A stretch of DNA of 64,000 nt from an uncultured Bdellovibrionales bacterium (GTDB taxonomy: Bacteria; Bdellovibrionota_C; UBA2361; CAYQVO01). The stretch is from positions 3,146 to 67,145 of the forward strand of contig CAYQVO010000014.1 in the NCBI GenBank assembly GCA_964421085.1, in the 5' to 3' direction. This document shows positions 54,665 to 63,911 of the stretch, piece by piece (position 1 is the stretch's first letter; each line of letters opens with the position of its first letter). Both the position numbers and the translations under genes were made by a program. The notes under the pieces are model-generated. The model made no database searches. It was not told the DNA's origin and saw only the letters and a program-made list of their open reading frames with translations.

Positions 54665-55522
54665 CTACTGTGCGGGCTCCAGTGATCCTCCACAGCACCT
54701 GCAATATTTTGCATCTTCGTCGTGCCCCCGCGTTCCGCAGCCTTCGCACGATATTTCCCTTTTCCCGCTGGCGCGTCCAAGCTCCACAGTAACAATTCCT
54801 GTCGGTACCGCGATAATTCCGTACCCCAGTATCATGACTACTGTCGCGAGAAGCTGTCCGGCCGGAGACCGCGGTGTAATATCTCCGAAGCCTACGGTAG
54901 TCAGAGTTACCACGGCCCAGTAAATACCCATTGGTATGCTCGTATAACCCGATTTCTCGCCTTCGATGACGTACATCAATGAGCCTACGATCACCACTAT
55001 GGTGAACACAGACACGAGGAATACGGTGACCTTATAGCGGCTCGCCCACAGCGCGCGTCTCAGGATATTCTGCTGACCGACGAACTGCCCGAGCTTGAAT
55101 ACACGAAACACCCGGAGAAGGCGAAGCACCCGTATAGTGAGCAGAAAGCGCCCTTCAGGCAGCAGCAGGCTTATATAAGTAGGCAGGACAGCCAGAACGT
55201 CAACGATACCAAAGAAGCTGAAAACATACTTGAGACGCTTACGCGCGCTGAAAATTCTCAAGCCATACTCCAGCGTGAAAAGAACAGTGAAGAACCACTC
55301 GGCTTTTCTGAAAAACCCGCCATAGTCCGAGGCAATTGCGGCGACACTGTCGAGCAGCACAACTGTGACGCTCATGAGAATCGCCGCGATGAGAATCACG
55401 TCGAACATTCTTCCAGCAGGCGTGCCATGTTCATAAATAACCCTGTTCAGGACAGCCCTGGCGCATCTTCTTTCACTCATGCTCATTCCTGGAAAAATGA
55501 AGGCATTTTTCAGTATTGTCAA
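54665..55522 (-). CDS. Voltage-sensor-containing potassium channel with a C-terminal zinc-ribbon
   Basis: 285-aa ORF with an S4-like RVLRLLRVFRVFK and the selectivity filter TTVGFGD. The C-terminus is CEGCGTRGHDEDAKYCRCCG. Confidence 0.8.
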   Translation of the reverse strand: MTILKNAFIFPGMSMSERRCARAVLNRVIYEHGTPAGRMFDVILIAAILMSVTVVLLDSVAAIASDYGGFFRKAEWFFTVLFTLEYGLRIFSARKRLKYVFSFFGIVDVLAVLPTYISLLLPEGRFLLTIRVLRLLRVFRVFKLGQFVGQQNILRRALWASRYKVTVFLVSVFTIVVIVGSLMYVIEGEKSGYTSIPMGIYWAVVTLTTVGFGDITPRSPAGQLLATVVMILGYGIIAVPTGIVTVELGRASGKREISCEGCGTRGHDEDAKYCRCCGGSLEPAQ

Positions 55523-55636
55523 CCTGTTCAGGCAGCACTCACATCTTCAATGAACCCGGCCCCGAATTTTCTCTAAAAATACTCCTTCCATCAGCCGATA
55601 AAATCCTCCAGGTCTGACTGAATACCGGGGGACACG

Positions 55637-57124
55637 ATGTTGTATAAACATTCAATTCCTGCATCCATTATGTTTCTTATCGCTTTTCCCTTCATCGTTC
55701 AGGCGCAGTCGTTACGTCAATACCCGGTCATGCGGTATTCAAGTCTCAAGAAACTTGACCGCTACCTCAGTCACAGCCGCCTTCCGCATGCTCCCAACGC
55801 CATGCACGTCATGTCCGGCGGAGGCAGCAAAAATCTGCTTTCACTTGTACCATACATCGGAAACGACAGGGACCAGGGATACTGCGGGAACTGCTGGGCA
55901 TGGGCAGGAACCGGGGCTTTGGAAGTTGCGCTCAAGGTTAACCGCAATATAACTTCGCGTCTCTCCGTCCAGTACCTGAACTCGAATTTCAATGCAGGCG
56001 GAACCATCGCAACTCAATATTCCCCGTACACGGGTTTTGCGTGCGATGGCGGTGACGAGAGCGATTTCGCTCAGTTCTACATCGGAAGCGAAGGCGCCAA
56101 AAAGCTGATACCCTGGTCCAACACCAACGCATCCTATGCGGACTATGACGGAGGCCGGCCAGGCGGATATGGCGGAGGAAATCAGACAAACAGGTCCGCA
56201 TCGAGCATAGATACAACCACATCGCATTCGATCTTCGACATTGACGTCCAGATCCTTCCCACTTTCGGAGTCGGCGCCGCTCAGGCCATCACAAACATCA
56301 AAGCAGCCCTGGACGACAATATTGCGCTGGAATTCGATTTCTTTCTGCCTGATGATGCTTCATGGGATGACTTCGGATTATTCTGGTCTTTTCAGGGAGA
56401 AGATGACCTCTTTGATTACGATCCCTATTCCGGGATCCCCTGGAACAGTGACGAAGGCGGCGGCCATGCAGTCCTGCTGGTCGGATACGACGATACCGAT
56501 CCGGATCCCGACAATCACTACTGGACGATGCTGAACAGCTGGGGGACCACCGAACTTCGGCCGAATGGAGTTTTCAAAGTGAAAATGGAGATGGACTACG
56601 ACAATATAGATGGGACATGGAGTGCTCAAAATCTTTATTTCGAAAAATTCGTAACCTCTTTCGAGCCCACAGTCACTCCGACTCTGACTCCAACAGCAAC
56701 CCCTCAAAATACTCCGACGCAGACCCCCGAACCGACACAAACGCCGGTGCCGGCATCAACTGTAACTCCCGGTACGACGCCGAGTCCGGCAGCGACGGCA
56801 ACTCCGGTTCCAGCTCATTCCCGTCAGGTGCGGGCGCTGACTCTCAAAGTCTTCGGGCACTACGCACAAAGGAAGTCACGCGCGGTTCGACTGGGCGGCT
56901 CGGCGTTGAATAACAGGCGGAAAGGAATCGCAGGAACTTCTGTGACACTGAAGTGCCGGAGGACATCCGACAACGTCATGACAATCAGGAAGAAACTCAA
57001 AACGAACTCCAGAGGTTCATACTCGCTGACACTCAGACCCCGGGCGGCTCACCGGTGCGTTTCGACCGCAAAAAGCAGGCGGTATGGAAAGGTTTTTTCG
57101 AGAACTGTCGCGGTCAGGGAATAA
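55637..57124 (+). CDS. Secreted papain-family (C1) cysteine peptidase with a Pro/Thr linker and a basic C-terminal beta-sandwich-like domain
   Basis: 495-aa ORF with a signal peptide. Catalytic motifs are QGYCGNCWAWAG (Cys), GGHAVLLVGYDD (His) and LNSWGT (Asn). The linker reads TVTPTLTPTATPQNTPTQTPEPTQTP. The C-terminus GIAGTSVTLK...TNSRGSYSLTL resembles a CarboxypepD_reg fold. Confidence 0.8.
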   Translation: MLYKHSIPASIMFLIAFPFIVQAQSLRQYPVMRYSSLKKLDRYLSHSRLPHAPNAMHVMSGGGSKNLLSLVPYIGNDRDQGYCGNCWAWAGTGALEVALKVNRNITSRLSVQYLNSNFNAGGTIATQYSPYTGFACDGGDESDFAQFYIGSEGAKKLIPWSNTNASYADYDGGRPGGYGGGNQTNRSASSIDTTTSHSIFDIDVQILPTFGVGAAQAITNIKAALDDNIALEFDFFLPDDASWDDFGLFWSFQGEDDLFDYDPYSGIPWNSDEGGGHAVLLVGYDDTDPDPDNHYWTMLNSWGTTELRPNGVFKVKMEMDYDNIDGTWSAQNLYFEKFVTSFEPTVTPTLTPTATPQNTPTQTPEPTQTPVPASTVTPGTTPSPAATATPVPAHSRQVRALTLKVFGHYAQRKSRAVRLGGSALNNRRKGIAGTSVTLKCRRTSDNVMTIRKKLKTNSRGSYSLTLRPRAAHRCVSTAKSRRYGKVFSRTVAVRE

Positions 57125-57137
57125 TCATCCGGGGCCA

Positions 57138-57989
57138 TCAATGTTTCTGCAGTCCCGGCTGCTCGACCATGAACTGCACCACTCGATCAGAAAGTTCCAT
57201 CGCATCTTCCGAAAATCCATGCAGATACTGCTGAATATCCCTGAACATCGTGCAGAAAGCGTCTCGATTTCCTTCTTTCAGCATTGCGCCGACATCGTTC
57301 GCCGCCTTAATCAGGTTTTCGCGGATCTCAGAGGCAAAAGGATTAGCCATTTCAATCTCAGCGTACAGTTCAGGATCCTGGGCAAAGAGACGGCCTGTCA
57401 CAGCGAGCTCGAGCCGGTAAACCGGACTGATAAATTTAAGGGTGTCCTCGATCGGAATCCCGCTTCGTTTCCATGCTTCCCCAAGCACGATCTTGCTGAA
57501 GTGAGTCAGCACCTGAACCACCGCCATCATCCTGTCATGATGTTCAGGACTGGTTTCGACAAGATCGAGACCCATCTCCCCAAAAGCAGTCAGAAGCCAC
57601 GAAGCGCGCGCGCCCGTCCTCACCGGACAGATGACCATCTTCTGGCGGCGTAAAGCGGACACAGTCGGCCCGAACATCGGATGTGTGCCGAGAACTTCTC
57701 CCGGGCACCGGTCCTTCATGACCGCGCATATCCCGGTTTTGAGACTGTTGATATCGAAGAGCAGCGCATCTTCTCTTACATGCGGGGCAACCGATTCAGC
57801 AATTGAAGCAGCTTCCTTCATCGGAACCGAAAGCATCACAACATCGGCCTTTGATATCTTCGATGGTTCCGGCGCGTCATCTTTGTCAAGTGCAGTGACG
57901 CGGCAACGAATCGCCTTGAACGCCTGACCGAAGAGTTTCCCCATCTTTCCTCTGCCGCCGACAATGAGAACGTGGGGGGATCCTTTCAT
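57138..57989 (-). CDS. tyrA: Prephenate dehydrogenase
   Basis: The ORF track gives 57138..58055. The ATG at 57989 (MKGSPHVLIVGGRGKMGKLF) removes the overlap with the helicase gene. The Rossmann motif and the GTHPMFGP signature are present. Confidence 0.8.
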   Translation of the reverse strand: MKGSPHVLIVGGRGKMGKLFGQAFKAIRCRVTALDKDDAPEPSKISKADVVMLSVPMKEAASIAESVAPHVREDALLFDINSLKTGICAVMKDRCPGEVLGTHPMFGPTVSALRRQKMVICPVRTGARASWLLTAFGEMGLDLVETSPEHHDRMMAVVQVLTHFSKIVLGEAWKRSGIPIEDTLKFISPVYRLELAVTGRLFAQDPELYAEIEMANPFASEIRENLIKAANDVGAMLKEGNRDAFCTMFRDIQQYLHGFSEDAMELSDRVVQFMVEQPGLQKH

Positions 57990-57991
57990 GA

Positions 57992-59404
57992 CTATTCCAG
58001 TTCCGCCTCGATTAGCGGAGGTTTCAGAATTCGTTCCCTGGCGTGATGCGCGCACCGGGCAAGCTCGGGATGCGACTGCCAGAGTCTTGAAATCTGATTC
58101 AGATGATCGGCGGTCTGGGAGACAAGTCTTGCGACATCGCCGTCGGCCACGCCCGCAAGCCTCAGATAGGAGGCAAACTCAGGCCAGTCAGCCGCCTGCA
58201 TCCATGCGATTACCGTGTTTGCAGCATCCGGCATTACTTCCACTTCCGTGTTCCCGGGATGCACGTAGACCTCTTTCACTCTCTCAGTTACTTCCTGCAG
58301 TTTCCTGAATATTTCTTTTCTAATCGGATTTTCCCTCAGAGAAAAATATCTTTTGTGAGGGTCGCCGGCTATCGACGCAACAAGCCCGGTCAGCACTTCT
58401 TCGGTAACATCTTCGAAAAGCCCTTCCTGTATGGTTTCAGCTATCTCCAGGACCAGGCTCGTGCAGAGTTCAGCCGCCCAGTACCCTTTCTGTGTCAGAC
58501 CGCCGCCTTCCACGTATCCAAGGGTTCTCAGCGCATCGAGAGTCTTCTCGAGCAGATCCGCATGGCGCCCTTTGAGCTGCTCAGCTTCCGTTCTCATTCT
58601 CCGCACTCTCTTTTGAGCGCGTTTCTGCGCGTCGGGTCGAAGCGTTTCATCCCGGGAAATTTCCTCTTCGCGTTTCAGGGCCTCATCCTCGAGCCCTTTT
58701 GCGGCTTTTTTATCGAGAAAGCTTCCCAGACTGTTTGCCACTGTGAAGCGAAGATCGTCCACGTTTCTGTATTTCAGGAGATTAAGGACCGTCGATGGTG
58801 ATGCGAAGTAGGCGGAGCGAAGGGGCTCAGCGGGCTTCTTTGATACCTCGTAAATAACGCGAGCGTCCGCGAACGGGCCGGGCGCGACGATGCAGAAGCC
58901 TACCGAATCCTTCCCTCTGCGCCCTGCCCTGCCCGACATCTGCTGAAGCTCTGTCGCAGTAAGCACATTGAACCCCTCAGAGCCGCGCTTGCTGTGTGCT
59001 GTTATTACTACTGTCCTCGCCGGGAAATCCACGCCTGCCGCCACAGTCCCTGTCGCAACCATGACTTTCAGCACTCCCCGCGCCATCAGTTCTTCAAGCA
59101 TCAGACGCCACATAAGAAGCTGGCCTGCATGATGCGCGCCCGCTCCCGTTGAAAGCAGAGTATTGAAGTGGGGATGATCAAAAATAACGTCGCGCGGCAT
59201 GTCATACTGGTGGATGACTTCTTCGATTGTCCGGCGAAGCACATGACGCTCTTCCCCGTTCAGAAGCGCGGTCCTGAATCTCGCAAGAGCTTCAATATCG
59301 TCGTCACACTGTCTTCTTGCCGTCCGGAAGACGATAGCAGGAAGCAGATCGTCTCTCGCCAGAGCGGGGATAATCTTCGTAAGAGGGTACTCCCGTCCGC
59401 GCAT
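57992..59404 (-). CDS. Ski2/HelY-like helicase, RecA2 + C-terminal domains (second half of a split gene)
   Basis: 470-aa ORF with motif IV LLPAIVFRTARRQCD, motif V ATGTVAAGVDFPARTVV and motif VI QMSGRAGRRGKD. Confidence 0.8.
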   Translation of the reverse strand: MRGREYPLTKIIPALARDDLLPAIVFRTARRQCDDDIEALARFRTALLNGEERHVLRRTIEEVIHQYDMPRDVIFDHPHFNTLLSTGAGAHHAGQLLMWRLMLEELMARGVLKVMVATGTVAAGVDFPARTVVITAHSKRGSEGFNVLTATELQQMSGRAGRRGKDSVGFCIVAPGPFADARVIYEVSKKPAEPLRSAYFASPSTVLNLLKYRNVDDLRFTVANSLGSFLDKKAAKGLEDEALKREEEISRDETLRPDAQKRAQKRVRRMRTEAEQLKGRHADLLEKTLDALRTLGYVEGGGLTQKGYWAAELCTSLVLEIAETIQEGLFEDVTEEVLTGLVASIAGDPHKRYFSLRENPIRKEIFRKLQEVTERVKEVYVHPGNTEVEVMPDAANTVIAWMQAADWPEFASYLRLAGVADGDVARLVSQTADHLNQISRLWQSHPELARCAHHARERILKPPLIEAELE

Positions 59405-60207
59405 CAGCTCCCCCTTCTCCCTCTTCTGCCGCTCCGGCCTTTAACTTTTCCCTCCCTGAAATGCCTCCCTTTTATGCGAAGGCCGCCCGAATCGAGGCGC
59501 GACCCTCCATAATAGTGCAGCACCTCCCTGAAGAGCCGGCCCTGTTCGTCGGCGACAGGAATAATCCCATCCTCCGGGTGGAGAAATCCGTAACGAAGCT
59601 CCACAGACCTTTCAGTTTCGAGAACCACGCGGCACGTCTTCCCCCTAACTGCTTCTATCCATTCAGCAATCTCTTTCGCGTTCGATATCGATGCCGACAG
59701 CATGAGCAGCGTAGCTGACGACGGAGTCAGGATAATGCTCTCCTCCCATACGGGCCCGCGCTGGGGATCCGCTATGAAGTGAACTTCATCCAGAACGACA
59801 AGCGAGAAGTTTTCGCGGAAACGGTAAAGCTCGTTCCGGTATATTTCGGTTGTCGCCACCACTACATCTGCGTCCGATTCAATCTTCCTGTCGCCGGTAA
59901 GAAGCCCCGCCTTTTTTGCCGGTTCGAAACGCGCCTTCATCTCGGCATACTTGCAGTTGGAAAGGGCCTTGAGAGGGGTCGTGTATACAGCGCGAAGATT
60001 CTGAAAAAGAACGGCGTCAATCGCCTGGAGAGCGATGAAAGTTTTTCCCGACCCGGTCGGCGCCACGACAAGCGTGTCATCCCCGTTTGTCACGCTTTCA
60101 ATTGCTTCACGCTGAAACCGGTCGATGACAAACGGCTTCGGCTCCGGCACCCCGATACCCGCAAGAAGCCTCTCCCTGGCTTCTCTTATGTGAGAACCTC
60201 TGCTCAT
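59404..60207 (-). CDS. Ski2/HelY-like helicase, RecA1 (DEVH) domain (first half of a split gene)
   Basis: 267-aa ORF with motif I APTGSGKT, Ia TTPLKALSNCKY, Ib LLTGD, II VLDEVHFIADPQRGPVWEE and III MLSASISNAKEIAEWI. The Arg/Gly-rich tail ends at a TGA that overlaps the next ATG (TGATG, 59402-59406). Confidence 0.8.
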   Translation of the reverse strand: MSRGSHIREARERLLAGIGVPEPKPFVIDRFQREAIESVTNGDDTLVVAPTGSGKTFIALQAIDAVLFQNLRAVYTTPLKALSNCKYAEMKARFEPAKKAGLLTGDRKIESDADVVVATTEIYRNELYRFRENFSLVVLDEVHFIADPQRGPVWEESIILTPSSATLLMLSASISNAKEIAEWIEAVRGKTCRVVLETERSVELRYGFLHPEDGIIPVADEQGRLFREVLHYYGGSRLDSGGLRIKGRHFREGKVKGRSGRRGRRGS

Positions 60208-60258
60208 TGATTTCCATCGCCGGACGGCGCAGCAGCCGTCTCTCCATCGTCGGACCTG

Positions 60259-60978
60259 CTAACCAAGATCATATCGACAAGAAACAAAATGCCTCAGCTC
60301 CGTGCAGTTGCACTGCTTCAGCGCGGCAAGATCGCCGTGAAACCGGATTCCACCGTCGAAAAGAGCGAGAATCGAGTCAACGACCGGAATGAGACGGCGC
60401 AGATCGTGACTGACCATGATTGCCGTCGGCATGTATTCCCTGTGAAGTTCGACGATAAAGTCCATAATGACACTGCTCGCTACGGGGTCAAGACCTGCGG
60501 TCGGATCATCAAGAAGCAGAAGCCTCGGCCTCGTAACCAGCGCGCGCGCAAGGGAAAGCCGCCTTCTCATGCCGCCGCTGAGCTGGGCGGGCATTTTGTG
60601 GGCCGCATTCGAAAGGCCTACGCGCGCAAGAATCTCGCCCACCTGTCCGTATACTTCCTCCTTTATCTTCCTCGGCAGGTTGCGGCTTGGAACCTTGCCA
60701 TGCACGAGTGGAAACGCAACATTGTCCAGGACATTCAGCGAATCGAAGAGTGCACCTTCCTGAAACATCAGGCTTATGTCCATGGGTCCGGTCGCATGGT
60801 TCCGAACGTTTCCTGCATCAGCTTTCAAGACGCCGCCGATTATCTTCATCAGCACGCTTTTTCCGCCGCCGCTCGGTCCGATAAGTCCGGTAAGTTTTCT
60901 CTCCGGAATGCGGAAAGTCACATCTCTGAGAACTTCATGTGCTCCGAAGGAGCGGCGAACCTGTTCAATCTGCAGCAT
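60259..60978 (-). CDS. ABC-transporter ATP-binding protein (MlaF-like), with no adjacent permease gene
   Basis: 239-aa ORF with Walker A GPSGGGKS, signature LSGGMRRRLSLARAL and Walker B LLLDDPTAGLD. Confidence 0.85.
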   Translation of the reverse strand: MLQIEQVRRSFGAHEVLRDVTFRIPERKLTGLIGPSGGGKSVLMKIIGGVLKADAGNVRNHATGPMDISLMFQEGALFDSLNVLDNVAFPLVHGKVPSRNLPRKIKEEVYGQVGEILARVGLSNAAHKMPAQLSGGMRRRLSLARALVTRPRLLLLDDPTAGLDPVASSVIMDFIVELHREYMPTAIMVSHDLRRLIPVVDSILALFDGGIRFHGDLAALKQCNCTELRHFVSCRYDLG

Positions 60979-60999
60979 GGTCAGAGCATATTCCGGTTA

Positions 61000-61977
61000 T
61001 CAAAGGATGTCCACACACGCGTCGCCGCCCGCTTCCTCAAGAATCGCCGAAACATCGCGCAGTCCTGCGCCTCTGAGCGCAGTATTCTTCCATTTCCACG
61101 ACCTCGGCACGAGACGTGATATAAGCTGTTTCAACCTTCCGAGCACGGCCTTTTCGGGGAGGTCTTCTTCGAGAAGCTCAAGATACGCCAGGAGAACAGA
61201 AAGCACCCGCGCCTCGTCCTGCCGCAGATTCTGCTTCTGCCCTTCCACTATCTCGCGGAAAACAAGCGGGTTGGCGAGAGCTGCACGTCCGATATAAAGG
61301 CCCGCAATTTCGCCCCTGAACCGAGCGTTCGCGCTCTCGAGATCGTGAATGTCGCCGCTTCCACAAACAGGGATGGAAAGAGCTTGAGCTATTTCCTCAA
61401 CCAGATCCCAGTCTGCATCGCCTCTGTACATCTCCGCTCTTGTACGGCCGTGTACCGTCACGCATTCTGCGCCTTCGCCTTCCGCTATTTCTGCAATCTC
61501 CATGGCGTTGATCCTGCTGCTGTCCCAGCCTGCTCTCATCTTGACAGTGAGCGGGATTCTTACTGCGCTCTTTATCTCGCGAAGTATGACACGAAGCTCC
61601 TCAGGCTGCCGCATCAGTACGCAGCCGCCGCCCTTTTTCACGACTTTCGGAGCGGGACAGCCGCAGTTCACATCTATGATGTCTGCGCCTGCCTCTTCAA
61701 CCATCACAGCCGCATCCCGCATCCGCAGGCAGTCTCTCCCGAATATCTGGATTGCTATCGGCCGCTCTTCCTCCCGGAACCGCATCATTTCGAGCGTCCT
61801 TGTTCCGTTCCGGGTCATTCCCTCGACGGAAAGAAATTCGCTCATCACCATTCCGACGGCGCCCGGATTCAGCCTTTTTATGAGTCTTCTGAACGCGGAA
61901 GAGGTAAGGCCGCTCATAGGCGCCAAAATCAGCGGCGGGTCGATGATTATGTTTCCGATCTTAAAGCCGGGCTTCAT
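61000..61977 (-). CDS. dusB: tRNA-dihydrouridine synthase
   Basis: 325-aa ORF with LAPMSGLTSSAFRRL, the catalytic region DVNCGCPAPKV, and HGRTR. Confidence 0.88.
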   Translation of the reverse strand: MKPGFKIGNIIIDPPLILAPMSGLTSSAFRRLIKRLNPGAVGMVMSEFLSVEGMTRNGTRTLEMMRFREEERPIAIQIFGRDCLRMRDAAVMVEEAGADIIDVNCGCPAPKVVKKGGGCVLMRQPEELRVILREIKSAVRIPLTVKMRAGWDSSRINAMEIAEIAEGEGAECVTVHGRTRAEMYRGDADWDLVEEIAQALSIPVCGSGDIHDLESANARFRGEIAGLYIGRAALANPLVFREIVEGQKQNLRQDEARVLSVLLAYLELLEEDLPEKAVLGRLKQLISRLVPRSWKWKNTALRGAGLRDVSAILEEAGGDACVDIL

Positions 61978-61980
61978 GCT

Positions 61981-63492
61981 CTAAAAACATTCGCGAACAC
62001 GCTGCGAAAGATCCTCGATTGTGAACGGCTTCTGAATAAAGCCTTCGCCGCCGTTTTCGAGGATATACCTTATGGATTCTTCCGACGTGAATCCGCTGAT
62101 TGCCAGAACCTTTATGTTTGGATTGACTTTTTTGAGCTCGCAGAAAACTTCCTTGCCCGACATCTGCGGCATAAGCATATCGAGAAGCACCAGATCGAAA
62201 GCTTCCGGGTCGTCTTTGAAGAGCGACAAAGCTTCAGGCCCGGAAGCAACCGCGGTGACGGTATATCCAAGGTGTTCGAGACTTACGCTGAGCACATTCC
62301 GCACCGGATATTCGTCGTCGACTATGAGAATGCTTTCGTTTCCGCCCACCAGACCGTTTCGCACCTCGGCCTGCTTTGGTTTGTCCGAATCCCCTGACGG
62401 TTCCTGAAAAAGCGGAAGGAAGACATCGACCCGGGTACCTTTGTTTTGCGAAGAACTTACGCGAATGGCTCCTCCGAAGAGGATCACAATCGAGCGTACG
62501 GTCGAAAGCCCAAGCCCTGTTCCGCGGCGATCCTTCGTCGTGAAATATGGGTCGAATATTCTGCTCAAAACCTCCTCGGAAATACCGTGCCCGTCATCCA
62601 TGACGGTAAGGCGCGCATAGTAGCGGCTCAGGAGTTCAGTTCCTCCAAACGCATCGTTGACAGCATCAAGATCTTTCTCTTCTTCAAGAGATATATCTAT
62701 GTGGCCGCCCGGTTCGATTGCGTCGCGGGAATTGATGACGAGGTTGATGATAACCTGCGCCATCCTGCTCTCTTCGATCAGCGCATCAAGCTTCTGAGAA
62801 GGAAGATGCCAGGCCATCTCAAAGCGGGGCGAGATTGCTCCACGAAGAAGATTGCACGTTCTTCCCACGAGCGCGCCCAGATCAGTCGGTTTGGTCTTTT
62901 CCGAAACTTCGAGCCTGGAAAAATCCAGAATCTGCTGAGTCATGTTCGAACCTCTGCGGGCGCCGTCTTCAATCGCCGTAATGGACTCGACGTGCGGGCC
63001 TGTCTGAGGAAGAATAGTTTTAAGGTATGTGATGTGCCCCAGCACTCCAGTGAGGATGTTGTTGAAGTCGTGTGCGACTCCGCCTGCGAGCATTCCAAGA
63101 GTTTCAAGCCGCTGTGTGTGAAAATTTTTCGATTCGTCCTTCGAGGAGGCGCCTGTTATCCTGCACAGCCTGTAACTGTCACCACATATGGTGGCCTGAA
63201 TTTTGACTACAATCGGGTGGCCTGACTTTGTCGCCAGTTCTGTTACAAAGTGCTCCTGGCTCCAGTCGGCCTGGCGCACATCCGGCCAGTGAATCTCCAT
63301 CGGAAAAAGGTACGGCACCGGTTGAGGCAGTCCAACAAGCTGGCAAAACGACATATTAGCGAATACGCACTGGAGCCTTCCATTGAGCAGGAACAACGGC
63401 TCTGCCCAGAGATTGAGGGCCTCCTGGAGATGTGTGATAAGCTCGGCCATTACAGATCCAGCCCGACTGAACGACAGAAAACAGGAATACAT
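61981..63492 (-). CDS. Hybrid sensor histidine kinase / response regulator (PAS-like N-terminus, HisKA, HATPase_c, REC)
   Basis: 503-aa ORF with H-box GGVAHDFNNILTGV, N/G boxes (NLVINSRDA; GTGLGLS) and receiver ILIVDDEYPVR...DLVLLDMLMPQMSG. Confidence 0.88.
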   Translation of the reverse strand: MYSCFLSFSRAGSVMAELITHLQEALNLWAEPLFLLNGRLQCVFANMSFCQLVGLPQPVPYLFPMEIHWPDVRQADWSQEHFVTELATKSGHPIVVKIQATICGDSYRLCRITGASSKDESKNFHTQRLETLGMLAGGVAHDFNNILTGVLGHITYLKTILPQTGPHVESITAIEDGARRGSNMTQQILDFSRLEVSEKTKPTDLGALVGRTCNLLRGAISPRFEMAWHLPSQKLDALIEESRMAQVIINLVINSRDAIEPGGHIDISLEEEKDLDAVNDAFGGTELLSRYYARLTVMDDGHGISEEVLSRIFDPYFTTKDRRGTGLGLSTVRSIVILFGGAIRVSSSQNKGTRVDVFLPLFQEPSGDSDKPKQAEVRNGLVGGNESILIVDDEYPVRNVLSVSLEHLGYTVTAVASGPEALSLFKDDPEAFDLVLLDMLMPQMSGKEVFCELKKVNPNIKVLAISGFTSEESIRYILENGGEGFIQKPFTIEDLSQRVRECF

Positions 63493-63911
63493 CTTTTATT
63501 TCTGCAGTTTATCACTCCTGCAAGCCATTAGGGCAATAGTGCTTCACGGAGATATTTCCCGGCACACCCGGAACTTTTAAGGTCCCCCGCCGGGAATTAA
63601 ACGACCGGGATGACATGTTTTTTCTGGACTTAGAAAACGAAGCAGGCCTAAAATGTCTGTTATCGGTAGTTTAACTGCAGCAGCGGTTGTAAATTTTTTC
63701 AGGATCCATTTCATCGCGAGTGGAATCTGATTTTACAGTTCACATTATATGGTTTTTCAAGTAGTCCGGTTTTCCATCAAGACAGCAGTTTGTTGGTAGG
63801 AACCTCAAAGCGTTGTCGGACAAGCGATGGATGTGTGCAGGAAGCACCGACTGCCTGCCCAGGGGGTTCGTATGATCCTTCAGGCCGGTGATTTTTGAAG
63901 GAGTTGGATGT

